A DNA stretch of 64,000 bases from Candidatus Moraniibacteriota bacterium (GTDB taxonomy: Bacteria; Patescibacteriota; Minisyncoccia; Moranbacterales; GCA-2747515), in assembly GCA_046116545.1 (NCBI GenBank), contig CP175956.1:1558-65557 (forward strand), given 5' to 3'. Of the stretch, positions 1 through 9,657 are shown piece after piece. The notes beneath the pieces were generated by a model. That model worked only from the letters and a program-made list of their open reading frames with translations, ran no database searches and was not told where the DNA came from. The stretch's first letter is position 1; every line of letters starts with the position of its first letter. Made by a program: the position numbers and the translations under genes.

Positions 1-903
1 GCATAGGTTTCCTGAGGTTGTCCATACGTTATTAAACGTATTATTTGTTGTATCTGCTTGTGGAAATTGTATTACACTGAAACCTAGACCTTTTGTTGTT
101 GGAGCGTTCCAATTTTCTGTTACTTTTGTTGATTCATTGAATTGTGTTAGGTCTGGTATTTCATCTGTATTATTTGAATGTACTAGAGTTGTATTTGATA
201 TTCCATTATCATTTATGATTGATAGGTAATAACCTTGGGTATCATTTGTTGTTACTATACAAGTTGATTGTCCTACTGCTGGAGTTCCTGCTGTTACTAG
301 ACCTGGGTTTGATGTTGTTCCTAGTATTACATCGTAATCTCCTGTTACTCCATCTTTATCGTAACAATCCATTGATAGAGTTGCATTTACTTCTACATTT
401 AGGTTTAGGTCATCTAATCCTGATATTGTTCCATCTCCGTTTACTATGTAAGTTGTTGCGTGGTCTGTTGTGAATGTACATATTCCGTTTGTTACTGTAC
501 ATGTTGTATGTAGAGCTTCTGAACCTTCTGCAGCGCCTTCTTCTCTTGAAAGTACATCCAATATCATTCCATTGTAAGCTTCGCTTACAGTTATTTCCAT
601 TGTTATATCATTAGTAAAGTCTAATGATATTCCTGGTACACCTATTCTTACTGCTCCTACTGCATTTGGTAGATTTACTTGTTCACTTGTTAATGTATTT
701 TCTGTTACAAAGCTTGAGAAATCAAAGTTTTGATTTGTTTGTTCTGTTATTACTGTATTATCTGGGAATATTGCATCTGTTGTGTTTGATTGGAAGGTTA
801 CTTGTACTTGGGTTGTTGTTTGGGTTGTATTATCTATTGTTCCGTTGTCTACTGTTATGTAACCATTATCTACTGATTGTTGCATTTCTGAATTATTTGG
901 ATC
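1..903. repeat. Paralogous block copy 1 (copy 2 at 35246-36140)
   Basis: Long near-identical stretches seen by eye, e.g. ggtttcctgaggttgtccat and ccgttgtctactgttatgtaaccattatc. Confidence 0.9.
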
Positions 904-1965
904 TAGGATGACTACCTCTGTAGGTAAAGTTGTAAAATTTGTTTCACTTCCATAACTTGTACCTGCTGAGTTTATCGCTTTTGCTCTCACATAATATGTT
1001 GTATCTGAAATAAGCGAAGTCATGTCACAAGAGTATGTTCCTATTCCTCCCGTTCCTGCCGTACATTCTTGGGTATATGTATTACTAGTTGTTCCCCATT
1101 CTATTAATCTTTCTGGGTTTTCCCCGCCTGTATTTGTTACATTTCCGTTTCCCATTGCTTGAGTTGTTGTTATTGATGTTGTTGCACTTGAATTTATTGA
1201 TGAAATTTGTGCATCATTCTTTATACATCGTATTGACATACCATCAGCTTTAGGATAATCACTACGCCCGACTGTAGTACGTCCTACATCCAAATAACGA
1301 TTCCAAGCATTAGTCCCAGAAACTTCAGATGCAACCCAAAAATTTGCATTACCCCCCCGACTAACAAATGTACCATTTGTTAATCGAACTCCTGCCATCA
1401 AACCTGTAAATCCACTGGAATTATTTCCATTTGACGTAAATAATGATAATTTTGAACCTTGGTCTGTTCCACGATAGCTAGTTGAATCTGCTTGCAGTTG
1501 TGTCATTCCTAAAGCAATTTCCATTGTTTTATATTCTGTATCAGTAGGAATATGCCAATCCGTTGGACAAATTCCTTGATTTTCATCAGGAACAATACAT
1601 GTTACAGTATTACATGAACTTGATAATGCATTTGCCTCTGCCCAAGTATACAATCCACCCTCAACATCACATGAAGAAGCATCATAACACCATTTTTGAA
1701 CTGAACTTGGATCATTAAGGACTGGTATAGGATCAGATGGCATTGTTGAACCATTTGCCAGAATTACACCAACATCAAGATTTTCTTTAAACCAACATTG
1801 TGTACCAATTTGGATAGTTTGATAATTATCACCTCCATAAAATACTGTGTCTGTACCACATTCAAATGCCTGCACATCATTCATTGTCCCAAAAAAAATA
1901 AAAAGTCCAGTTACTATTAAAATACCCAAACCTGCCTCTTTTTTTGAAATGCTATTTTTTTTCAT
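1..1965 (-). CDS. Secreted/surface protein: signal peptide, FISUMP (Fib_succ_major) domain, FN3-like domain, conserved Thr/Asn-rich C-terminal module; 3' end runs off the window
   Basis: Manual translation from ATG at 1965 (missing from the ORF track): MKKNSISKKEAGLGILIVTGLFIFFG..., YQTIQIGTQCWFKENL, GGLYTWAEA, QGICPTDWHIPT, GMSIRCIK (FISUMP); TTYYVRAKAINSAGTSYG (FN3-like); C-terminus matches 35039-36140. Confidence 0.85.
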   Translation of the reverse strand, partial: MKKNSISKKEAGLGILIVTGLFIFFGTMNDVQAFECGTDTVFYGGDNYQTIQIGTQCWFKENLDVGVILANGSTMPSDPIPVLNDPSSVQKWCYDASSCDVEGGLYTWAEANALSSSCNTVTCIVPDENQGICPTDWHIPTDTEYKTMEIALGMTQLQADSTSYRGTDQGSKLSLFTSNGNNSSGFTGLMAGVRLTNGTFVSRGGNANFWVASEVSGTNAWNRYLDVGRTTVGRSDYPKADGMSIRCIKNDAQISSINSSATTSITTTQAMGNGNVTNTGGENPERLIEWGTTSNTYTQECTAGTGGIGTYSCDMTSLISDTTYYVRAKAINSAGTSYGSETNFTTLPTEVVILDPNNSEMQQSVDNGYITVDNGTIDNTTQTTTQVQVTFQSNTTDAIFPDNTVITEQTNQNFDFSSFVTENTLTSEQVNLPNAVGAVRIGVPGISLDFTNDITMEITVSEAYNGMILDVLSREEGAAEGSEALHTTCTVTNGICTFTTDHATTYIVNGDGTISGLDDLNLNVEVNATLSMDCYDKDGVTGDYDVILGTTSNPGLVTAGTPAVGQSTCIVTTNDTQGYYLSIINDNGISNTTLVHSNNTDEIPDLTQFNESTKVTENWNAPTTKGLGFSVIQFPQADTTNNTFNNVWTTSGNLC

Positions 1966-2103
1966 ATTTATATTTTAGCTTTTTGTTTTATAGATTTAAT
2001 TATATCATGAAAACCATTTTATGTTTAATTTTTGTTTAATAAATTTAAAAAATAATATCATTGTAAGATGTTATTTTCATAGGCTCTAACTATGTCTAGC
2101 AAA

Positions 2104-2130
2104 CTCCGCATCGTGGATGACATTAGAACC
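2104..2130 (+). other. att-like half-site CTCC-N7-GGA-N5-TTAGAACC
   Basis: 26/27 identical to 3303-3329; resembles the tRNA-Asn 3' end (29382-29403) with 5 extra bp. Confidence 0.6.
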
Positions 2131-2197
2131 TCTTATCAAGCAAACTAAAAACCGTCCCTCAATATATTACTGATAAGACGGCTCCTTTGAAAATTTG

Positions 2198-2224
2198 CTC
2201 CGAATTTTGGTTAACATTAGGATT
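2198..2224 (+). other. Degenerate att-like half-site
   Basis: ctcc gaatttt ggt taaca ttaggatt: same spacing, preceded by ttg as at 3300. Confidence 0.4.
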
Positions 2225-2300
2225 AGTCATCTAGAAACAGAAAACCCACCTAGTAGCACAGATGTGTTCTCTGTTTTCTACTGGTGGGCATTATTTAAAA

Positions 2301-2798
2301 TCAGACAACAAATGGAATCCATCTGGCCCTAACTTTTTTGAAGTATACTCTAGCTTCATCACCATGCATTTCCACCAAGTTCTTTTCTTGATAGAGACTT
2401 ATCTTGACTAAAATGAACATTAGAACAAGATAAAGCAGTTGTTGCTTTATTAGTCCAAAACTAAAAAAACCAGCTTTTACATATGGCAATACTTGGACTA
2501 CCTCATGAATATAAGCACTTATAGCCATAATGATTAGACCTCCATAGTAAGGATGTCGCACCAATTTAAATGGTCCTCCAGTCCATACGCCATCTGCTTT
2601 GTCACTGGAACCCTTCCAACCTTTCAAAAAAGTATAGTATATCTGTCCATTTAACGCTAAAGTGACCCCAAATAAGAATATACCCCACTCAATTAAAGAA
2701 AAGTTTTTCCTGTAAGCAAGGCTAATCGCATAAATATAAATGAATTGCATTACAACCGTCCAAAACCAAGTGAAAATTTGTGCTTGTTTTTTTGTCAT
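2301..2798 (-). CDS. Isoprenylcysteine carboxyl methyltransferase / PEMT family membrane protein
   Basis: TM helices; GPFKLVRHPYYGG motif; QEKNL...YFKKVRARWIP C-terminus. Confidence 0.8.
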   Translation of the reverse strand: MTKKQAQIFTWFWTVVMQFIYIYAISLAYRKNFSLIEWGIFLFGVTLALNGQIYYTFLKGWKGSSDKADGVWTGGPFKLVRHPYYGGLIIMAISAYIHEVVQVLPYVKAGFFSFGLIKQQLLYLVLMFILVKISLYQEKNLVEMHGDEARVYFKKVRARWIPFVV

Positions 2799-2848
2799 TG
2801 GCTATTACCCCTTTTACAATTGTTCAGTTAAAAAAATTTTATATTTAA

Positions 2849-3082
2849 TTATTGAGTTACTTTCCTGGCAAATTCGAGAATGAAAAAATCAAGAATTTCT
2901 TCCTTATCACCATCAAACCGACACTTCAGCCCAGGAAAAAGAATATCACCATTAACTTTACTCGGATAGAAACTTTTTTCAATAACCTCAAATTGAACAG
3001 TAACCTGTTCACCTTTCTTATTCTGTCCATCCAATTCCAATACTTCTCCAACCTTAATTTCATCAATTTTCATTGCGATCAC
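2849..3082 (-). CDS. Small hypothetical protein
   Basis: 77 aa ORF co-oriented in the cassette, protein-like composition. Confidence 0.6.
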   Translation of the reverse strand: MIAMKIDEIKVGEVLELDGQNKKGEQVTVQFEVIEKSFYPSKVNGDILFPGLKCRFDGDKEEILDFFILEFARKVTQ

Positions 3083-3222
3083 CTTATTGTTTTTTCTAAT
3101 AATTTACTCAAAGAGTGATTGTCATATTTCAATAGCTGACATTAAACGCTCTTCAATTGTTAAAGAATATTATACATTTGAGATTTTTCTCAACATCATA
3201 ATATAACATATTACCCATACTT

Positions 3223-3262
3223 TGTCCATCGGTTCGAATATGCCAAAATTTCCGACTTGGGG
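3223..3262. repeat. Cassette junction repeat copy 1 (minus-strand -35 box + GGTTCGAATAT...GGGG)
   Basis: tgtccatcggttcgaatatgccaaaatttccgacttgggg; related copies at 5316, 6335, 7902, 10221. Confidence 0.85.
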
Positions 3263-3302
3263 TAAAGGGAAAAATCCCCATTTAAAGGGATTTTTTAAGT
3301 TG

Positions 3303-3329
3303 CTCCGCATCGTGGATGATATTAGAACC
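3303..3329 (+). other. att-like half-site
   Basis: ctccgcatcgtggatgatattagaacc directly after hairpin aaaatcccc-atttaa-agggatttt. Confidence 0.6.
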
Positions 3330-3354
3330 AATATTTCAAAATCTTTATAAAAAA

Positions 3355-3387
3355 CACCCCAGTATACGTAATACGTATACTGGGGTG
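3355..3387 (-). terminator. Intrinsic terminator of 3395-5212
   Basis: Perfect inverted repeat caccccagtatacgta/tacgtatactggggtg followed by a U-run on the minus strand. Confidence 0.8.
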
Positions 3388-3394
3388 GGTTGAA

Positions 3395-5212
3395 TTATTC
3401 TTTAGATTTTTTCATGATTTCAGATTTTTGTTCAGGCGTCATATCTTGCCACTCGGCATCAGCATTTTGACCTTCACGTTTTACAGATGCTTCTGAGCGT
3501 GCTTCTTCAACACGTTCTTCGACACCAATTTGTGCGTCAGTCTTTTGCAAATCTATCTCCAAATTATCAAAAGATGAAATATCCACAACGGAATTTCCAC
3601 CATCATCAAATGATAGCTTCACATTATCATTTGGCTGTGTAATAACAACCTCAGCTGATAAGCCAATACTGGCAGCAAATAACTTATTTTCTTGACCTTC
3701 CACAAAAAAGTAATAGGTCACGCCTGATTTAGTTGGTTCTTGTGCAATGCGTAACACTTTTCCTGTAATAGAATATTGCGTAATACTCACTCCAGGTGCA
3801 ATTGCGTTACCCTTACTTAGTAATGCACGACGATAATTACGCTGTGCTTCACGAGCAGTTGCAGCGACGCCAACAATATTATAATTTTCTACAGATACAA
3901 ATGCCGAGGCCTTTACAAGGCCAGCATCATCCTTGAGCGTCATGAAATATGTTGGACGTCCACCAATATTGTACAGAATTGGAAATGTGGCATGATAGCC
4001 TTTTTCTTGAACTTCTCCTTCAGCAGAGCCTTTCGCAGCTGTTTCAGTTGCTCCTGCCTGACGATACATCTTAGCTTTTTTTGTACGCGTATTAACAAGT
4101 ACAAAACCAACAGTTCCTTCATCAGCGCCATCAGATTGCATTCCTGTATACCAATACGAATGTCCATCATCTCCATAGACCAAAGACATTCCTTTTGTTG
4201 CGTTGAGTACATCTTGATTGGCAAATAATGAATTCCACCAACCATGTACATATTCACCCCAATCATCAAGCTGAGATGTTATAAAACTTTCAGGCTGAAT
4301 ACGATCTACCCAATCAGGTGCGTTTTCAATTGAAAATGATTTAATATCACCTGTTTGAACATCTAGTAAAACAATGCCTGTTGCATTATTTCCACAATAA
4401 CCGACTGCTTTTTCATATGTGGTCACCACATAAAATGGGCGGCCTTCATCGTTAATTTCAAAAGTCCAATCGGTCAAACCAATAGTTGAGTAGCCTCTGT
4501 TATAAATATAACGATGTGGATCGTCACTCCAAAATGCACCTTTGTTATACCGCAATTGGAGCTTCTTCCCATCAATTTTTTGAACCAACTTTACATCATT
4601 CTCATTAGTAGCTGATACTATCACGTAACCAGGCGTACCTGATTTGTGTGAAAACCAACGAAAAAACTTCGAGTGATTAAGTGGTCCAACCCAATACAAT
4701 TGACCTTTAACAGTTTGAATGGACATCTTGCCAATTTCAACACGGCTACCAAGCCCCATATCTTCACCAAGACGCTTATCTGCAAGCTTGACAGCCATAG
4801 CATGATCAACTCTACGAACATGCGACGTATCCACAGGAGCTGTATCCGTAGAGAATACACCTTGTTCAATTGTTCCAATGAGATTACGATACTCATCAGA
4901 ATGAAATCCTGCAAATGATGTGACAAATGGAAGAATAATCAAACCGCCAATTAAACTAAGTGTGCAGATACCTACACCCATACCTAATGCTGTTTTTTGT
5001 CGACCTTCCTCAGTAACCTGAGAAGTGGCTGCAATAAGTCCTCCATTCAAAACCGCAATCCACAACAAATCAACAAAACCAAAAGCAATTACGGGTAATT
5101 GCACCCAAATTACAAATACATTTAAACCAAATAAAACAATACTTGGCCATATTTTACGTGATGCAAAATATGACAAAGCGCCAAAAACTAATCCAAAAAC
5201 TAATCCAGTCAT
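3395..5212 (-). CDS. Membrane-anchored hypothetical protein (N-terminal TM helices, large extracytoplasmic domain)
   Basis: 605 aa ORF, AGGAG SD, hydrophobic first ~100 aa. Confidence 0.85.
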   Translation of the reverse strand: MTGLVFGLVFGALSYFASRKIWPSIVLFGLNVFVIWVQLPVIAFGFVDLLWIAVLNGGLIAATSQVTEEGRQKTALGMGVGICTLSLIGGLIILPFVTSFAGFHSDEYRNLIGTIEQGVFSTDTAPVDTSHVRRVDHAMAVKLADKRLGEDMGLGSRVEIGKMSIQTVKGQLYWVGPLNHSKFFRWFSHKSGTPGYVIVSATNENDVKLVQKIDGKKLQLRYNKGAFWSDDPHRYIYNRGYSTIGLTDWTFEINDEGRPFYVVTTYEKAVGYCGNNATGIVLLDVQTGDIKSFSIENAPDWVDRIQPESFITSQLDDWGEYVHGWWNSLFANQDVLNATKGMSLVYGDDGHSYWYTGMQSDGADEGTVGFVLVNTRTKKAKMYRQAGATETAAKGSAEGEVQEKGYHATFPILYNIGGRPTYFMTLKDDAGLVKASAFVSVENYNIVGVAATAREAQRNYRRALLSKGNAIAPGVSITQYSITGKVLRIAQEPTKSGVTYYFFVEGQENKLFAASIGLSAEVVITQPNDNVKLSFDDGGNSVVDISSFDNLEIDLQKTDAQIGVEERVEEARSEASVKREGQNADAEWQDMTPEQKSEIMKKSKE

Positions 5213-5315
5213 GTTTTTCTCCTATTGTAAAAGAATAATTAAATACATCATTACACAAATTGCATGATGATTGAGAATTGTCCCAACGATAAATAATAGC
5301 ACATATTATGCACTA

Positions 5316-5355
5316 TGTCAATCGGTTCAAATGTCATAAAATTTCTAATGTCAAA
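5316..5355. repeat. Cassette junction repeat copy 2 (degenerate)
   Basis: tgtcaatcggttcaaatgtcataaaatttct. Confidence 0.7.
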
Positions 5356-5396
5356 ATAACAGAAAACCCACCAAAGTAGATTTTCTACTGGTGGGT

Positions 5397-5897
5397 TTAT
5401 TTTTTCTTTAAGTAAAATACATCATCACATATTGATGCATCCTGTTTTTGACTAAATCCACAATTCACAAGAACATTTTTACTTCGAACATTCTTCTGAG
5501 ATGTGATGGCATAAATCAGTTGGATTTCCGTTTCATCAAAAACATATTTTATCAATCTATTTACAGATTGTTTAATATATCCTTGCCCTTGATGTCGTTG
5601 ACCAAGCCAATATCCCAGTTCAACAGACAGCTTGTCCTTGTTATTTGGTGTAATATTTATTCCTCCTACAAAAATACTTCCTTCCCAAATGCCCAATCGC
5701 AACCTTTCTGGATTATAAGGCTGAACAATACTCCTGCGAACAGTGTCTGCTGCAGGATACTTATCAGCTGTGATATCACCATATTGACTAAGATGAGCTC
5801 TGCTATCATCTATCAATTGAAATATAACATCAGCATCTTCTGCAATATATTGCTTTAATATGATTCTTGAACCAACTTCAAGAATAACTCTATTCAT
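5397..5897 (-). CDS. GNAT acetyltransferase, RimJ/RimL family
   Basis: ELGYWLGQRHQGQGY and NVRSKNVLVNCGF motifs. Confidence 0.9.
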   Translation of the reverse strand: MNRVILEVGSRIILKQYIAEDADVIFQLIDDSRAHLSQYGDITADKYPAADTVRRSIVQPYNPERLRLGIWEGSIFVGGINITPNNKDKLSVELGYWLGQRHQGQGYIKQSVNRLIKYVFDETEIQLIYAITSQKNVRSKNVLVNCGFSQKQDASICDDVFYLKKK

Positions 5898-5925
5898 TGT
5901 GTCACCTCTTTTTCACTAAGGACAT

Positions 5926-6252
5926 CTAAATATTCTTTTGTAAGGGAATATTTTGATAAAAACCAGGATCTCCAGTGTGATCCAACAGTGCCTGCACATA
6001 TTGCTCAGCATATTTATCAACAAGATCATCCCAACTGAATTCTTCAATGACGTAATTATTATCTAATTCTTTCTCCCTAAAATATTGAGCTTTTTTCTCA
6101 TTGGAAAAAATCAAAAGAGATCCATCTCCAGTTGCTACTGTTGCCGTTATCTCTGAATTAGAAATAACACAACAAGGATTAGGATGCGATATAGAAACCT
6201 TTACTTTATCTGTATCAACTAGAAGTCCTGGTCCAACCTGTTTAAAACTCAT
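5926..6252 (-). CDS. Hypothetical protein
   Basis: 108 aa, GAGGAG SD, own promoter. Confidence 0.7.
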   Translation of the reverse strand: MSFKQVGPGLLVDTDKVKVSISHPNPCCVISNSEITATVATGDGSLLIFSNEKKAQYFREKELDNNYVIEEFSWDDLVDKYAEQYVQALLDHTGDPGFYQNIPLQKNI

Positions 6253-6334
6253 TATTATACTCCTCTTGTTAAAGAATGTTTATATATATTTGAGACCTTT
6301 CTCAACACAATAATATAACATATTATCCATACTT

Positions 6335-6374
6335 TGTCCATTGATTCGAATATGTCAAAATTTCTAGTTTGGAG
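6335..6374. repeat. Cassette junction repeat copy 3
   Basis: tgtccattgattcgaatatgtcaaaatttctagtttggag. Confidence 0.8.
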
Positions 6375-6441
6375 TAAAATAAAAACCACCACTCAGTCAT
6401 TTGACCAAGGGTGGCATTTTATACTTTCGATACTTTTTATT

Positions 6442-6873
6442 CTAAGCGTGTTCCTTGAACCCCACTTTACCAATCGCATTTCCAGCAACGGCTTCATCAT
6501 CTTCCTGAGTAAGATTACTGACGCCAATACCGCCAAGGAGATGTCCCTCTTCATCATAAATAGGCACACCTCCTGCCCATGGAACAATACGTTCTATAGC
6601 AATCCCAAGAATTGCAGGAGTGATTTCACCTTCACTGAGCTGGTCTCTAGTCACACTAGTTGGTTTTCCAATCCAAGCGGCTTGCTTAGCTTTCATGCAG
6701 GCTACGTTAGTGGTAAAAAGTCTAACGCCATCCATTACGGACTTGGCAATTTCTGTACCATCACGATTCACGATGACTACTGATGCAACCTTGAACTGGG
6801 TCTTTAATGTTTGTATAGCTGCTGCCATAATCTCTTCTGCTTCATCCGAGGTTAATGAATAAATCTGTCCCAT
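6442..6873 (-). CDS. GlcG/HbpS family heme-binding protein
   Basis: SVVIVNRDG, KAKQA, GGVPI...GGIGVS...EDDE motifs. Confidence 0.9.
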   Translation of the reverse strand: MGQIYSLTSDEAEEIMAAAIQTLKTQFKVASVVIVNRDGTEIAKSVMDGVRLFTTNVACMKAKQAAWIGKPTSVTRDQLSEGEITPAILGIAIERIVPWAGGVPIYDEEGHLLGGIGVSNLTQEDDEAVAGNAIGKVGFKEHA

Positions 6874-6890
6874 TTACTTTCTCCTTTAAG

Positions 6891-7145
6891 TTATTGTTGA
6901 GATATTGTTTTTGCCAATTCAGCTAAAATTCTCAATTGATTCACATCTGATCCAAGTGCATTTGCAAACACTTCTTCAATTTCTTCATCTTGCATAATGC
7001 GTTCGGTGCTACCGCCATTGATAAATCCGTTTTGATCAGCTTCCATTTTGGCTCTATCAAGAATTCTAGCTTTAATTACCGGACTCAATGAGTTGCCCAT
7101 TCCTTTATTAGAAATGAACTGCTCTATATTTTTTAAACAATACAT
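6891..7145 (-). CDS. Hypothetical protein
   Basis: 84 aa, co-oriented in operon. Confidence 0.65.
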   Translation of the reverse strand: MYCLKNIEQFISNKGMGNSLSPVIKARILDRAKMEADQNGFINGGSTERIMQDEEIEEVFANALGSDVNQLRILAELAKTISQQ

Positions 7146-7187
7146 TATCCTATCCCTATAGCTAAGTTATTTTTAAATCAACTAAAA

Positions 7188-7454
7188 TTATTGCTTTAGC
7201 TGAAAAAGACCCTCAACAAATTCAGTGGGAATATCTGTGTATGATTCTGGAAGCTTTTCAGCCTGAAACAAAAGTTCCATTAAGCTCAGCAAGGCATGAT
7301 AAGGTCCCTCTGCACTGCGAAAAATATGTGGATGTTCAACGAGATGATACCTATCCATTTCATTAAAAATAGCAATCTCCCTTGTTGTAACAAAAGTCTC
7401 GCCATCAATCTCAAGTTCATAACCTGGATCTACTTTTTCAGATTTACTTCTCAT
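7188..7454 (-). CDS. Hypothetical protein
   Basis: 88 aa, GGAG SD. Confidence 0.65.
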   Translation of the reverse strand: MRSKSEKVDPGYELEIDGETFVTTREIAIFNEMDRYHLVEHPHIFRSAEGPYHALLSLMELLFQAEKLPESYTDIPTEFVEGLFQLKQ

Positions 7455-7494
7455 AATTATCTCTCCATAATTGATTTTAATATAATTAAACTAA

Positions 7495-7818
7495 TTATAT
7501 TTGAGTTTCACGCCACTCTATAACATAATCTTCTGGTTCATCCAAATGATGACGAACTATAATTCCCTTATCACCACTTCGCAAACAAAGCTGAGCTCCT
7601 CGTTGTATTTCAAATGATTTTTCATCATCAGGTGCTTCGTGACATGTAATTGACCCATCAATATGAACACGACAGCTTCCACTTCCCATTTCCCCTAAAT
7701 ACGGACCTTCCACCTCTTCAGATTTATTTGATTGAATTTCTACATCATTACCATAACCGATAGCGGTATCATAACAGAAAGCAATAATTGAAAAAGTAGC
7801 ATTATTGGTAACTTTCAT
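7495..7818 (-). CDS. Hypothetical protein
   Basis: 107 aa, AAGGAG SD, first gene after promoter. Confidence 0.7.
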   Translation of the reverse strand: MKVTNNATFSIIAFCYDTAIGYGNDVEIQSNKSEEVEGPYLGEMGSGSCRVHIDGSITCHEAPDDEKSFEIQRGAQLCLRSGDKGIIVRHHLDEPEDYVIEWRETQI

Positions 7819-7901
7819 CTTTTATTCTCCTTTTGTTAAAGAATGTTATTAAAAAAATAATAATTTTCTCAATATACAAATATAGCGTATTTTTTATGTT
7901 T

Positions 7902-7941
7902 TGTCCATCGGTTCGAATATCACAAAATTTTCGGTTCAAGC
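7902..7941. repeat. Cassette junction repeat copy 4
   Basis: tgtccatcggttcgaatatcacaaaattttcggttcaagc. Confidence 0.8.
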
Positions 7942-8022
7942 TAAAAGAAAGCCACCACTCAGTCATTTGACCAAGGGTGGCATTATTACATACAAAAGGT
8001 TTCTTGCTATTGCAATAACTCT

Positions 8023-8400
8023 TCAGGCAGTACCTGTTCTTTCGTCCAAAATAGCAAAAGCTATTGGATATGATTCACGCAGATCTTCAAGGCATTCCAA
8101 CACCTGAGCATTATTCTCATGATCCACATCATTCATCACCTCTTTAATAGAAACAAAAGCACGAACAACAGGATCTAAATCACTTGTATTGTGAGTCTCT
8201 TCTGGTAACACTGCCAACAATACTTCCATGCTAATAAGCGTAGACATAATTACCTTACCGTTCTCTGCAAGATAATCCACTCCTGTTGCAAGAGTATCAC
8301 TATCCATGCCCATATCTTCTGCATAGTCAAAAAAACTATCAATAGCATCAGATAAACTAAGCCCCTTAGAAAGCTTTTCAAATTCTTCCCATTTATTCAC
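8023..8400 (-). CDS. Acidic hypothetical protein
   Basis: 125 aa, GTG start with AAGGAG SD. Confidence 0.7.
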   Translation of the reverse strand: MNKWEEFEKLSKGLSLSDAIDSFFDYAEDMGMDSDTLATGVDYLAENGKVIMSTLISMEVLLAVLPEETHNTSDLDPVVRAFVSIKEVMNDVDHENNAQVLECLEDLRESYPIAFAILDERTGTA

Positions 8401-8412
8401 TATAAATTCTCC

Positions 8413-8766
8413 TTATATTTGCCCAAGGGCAGTTGTCGGAATAGGTAAAATCCATACAAATCCTTTGATATCTTGAGCATGCTCACCAAGAGATCTTTGA
8501 ATACCCTGTAGAATAACATTTTTTCTTCCTTCAAGACTTTGAGTTCTGCCTTCAGTAGCTTCAACAATAATCATAATCTGCAAATCACGAGGATTTACAT
8601 CATCGTCAGAGACTTCATCAACATTGACAACTATATTTTTCTTATCAACTTTATAGCTGTCGGTAGACATAGCTGGAGCTACAATCTCTGGAAGTACCTG
8701 AGCAAGACTTCTCACAATTTCATTCATTTGACCATCATTTTTGTACCTTACTTGAACAATCGGCAT
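8413..8766 (-). CDS. Putative tautomerase/MIF superfamily protein
   Basis: Likely start MPIVQV (GGAGG SD at 8772-8778); Pro-1; beta-alpha-beta pattern. Confidence 0.6.
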   Translation of the reverse strand: MPIVQVRYKNDGQMNEIVRSLAQVLPEIVAPAMSTDSYKVDKKNIVVNVDEVSDDDVNPRDLQIMIIVEATEGRTQSLEGRKNVILQGIQRSLGEHAQDIKGFVWILPIPTTALGQI

Positions 8767-8767
8767 T

Positions 8768-9112
8768 TCAACCTCCTCCATGGTGATATATTGCATTACG
8801 TCGTCCATACATTGCCATTACAGGAATTGGAAATACCTCATTAAAAGGATGATCCGCTATTTCCAATATTTCGATAATATCGTTACACATACTTTCAAGT
8901 CCTGGTCTATCAAATGTCACAAAGGACTTAGAGTACAAACGAGCCATTACATGCTCTTTAGTATCAGTTGTTTCATCTGTGATAAATGTAACTGTAGTAC
9001 TGTCCTCAGAAGTGTTCAGCTTCTTTGCAAAATATTTTTTCAGTTGTTCACGAATTACAGCTTTCATGTCAGCTTCCTCAATAGTCAATCCTGAAATATC
9101 AACGATTGGCAT
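8768..9112 (-). CDS. Putative tautomerase/MIF superfamily protein
   Basis: Likely start MPIVDI with AAGGAG SD; FAKKLNTSEDSTTVTF resembles 4-OT/MIF. Confidence 0.65.
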   Translation of the reverse strand: MPIVDISGLTIEEADMKAVIREQLKKYFAKKLNTSEDSTTVTFITDETTDTKEHVMARLYSKSFVTFDRPGLESMCNDIIEILEIADHPFNEVFPIPVMAMYGRRNAIYHHGGG

Positions 9113-9294
9113 ATTCAATGCTCCTTTTAAATGTTTTTATTGACTCAAAAAATGAGCATTTATTAAAAAACTACGACGCTTAAATATACTAAAAAAGCAC
9201 TATTTTGTCAATCTAATAAAGATGTGCTAAAAACAAAAAGCCCCAATGTAAGCAGACTTCTTGTCTTTTCTTACATTGGAGCTGATACTATATA

Positions 9295-9630
9295 TCAAGT
9301 TGTGGATATTGGATTAGGGATTCTCCATTCCAATGAGCAAACCATATCATCCTCACCACAAACAGTAAAAAAACTTTGATTACCTTCATCAAGTAACTTT
9401 TCAGCAAATGGCCTGATGGGCTCCACGTCAATGAAAATATAATGATCTGTTTCAACATCACCGATAAGACTATTTCCGCCACCAGGTTTCTCACCATAAG
9501 CACCCTCAATAACTCTTCCATCCCAAATTGTCACACTTACAACTACCGGGCCAGCATCACTTGGGTCAATACAACCAGCACCCATAATATCCAGTAACTG
9601 TCCCATATTTTCTACTTTGTATGTTTTCAT
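9295..9630 (-). CDS. Hypothetical protein
   Basis: 111 aa, AGGAG SD. Confidence 0.7.
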   Translation of the reverse strand: MKTYKVENMGQLLDIMGAGCIDPSDAGPVVVSVTIWDGRVIEGAYGEKPGGGNSLIGDVETDHYIFIDVEPIRPFAEKLLDEGNQSFFTVCGEDDMVCSLEWRIPNPISTT

Positions 9631-9657
9631 TTTTTCTCCTGTAAAAAGGTTCTCCCG

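Noticed and set aside
219-911. Leu-rich plus-strand ORFs (also 35338-36307, 36677-37144)
   Set aside because: Antisense shadows of the Thr/Asn-rich surface genes.
1220-1860. FISUMP domain as a diversity-generating retroelement target
   Set aside because: No reverse transcriptase and no template repeat with adenine-specific mismatches seen in the window; a remote DGR cannot be excluded.
3231-3245. GTTCG as a Firmicutes-type SOS box
   Set aside because: No complete CGAAC-N4-GTTCG palindrome in any copy.
3228-3262. Repeat as a tRNA gene (tcggttcgaat...ccgac resembles a T-arm)
   Set aside because: A 12-nt insertion lies within the arm, and there are no D or anticodon arms.
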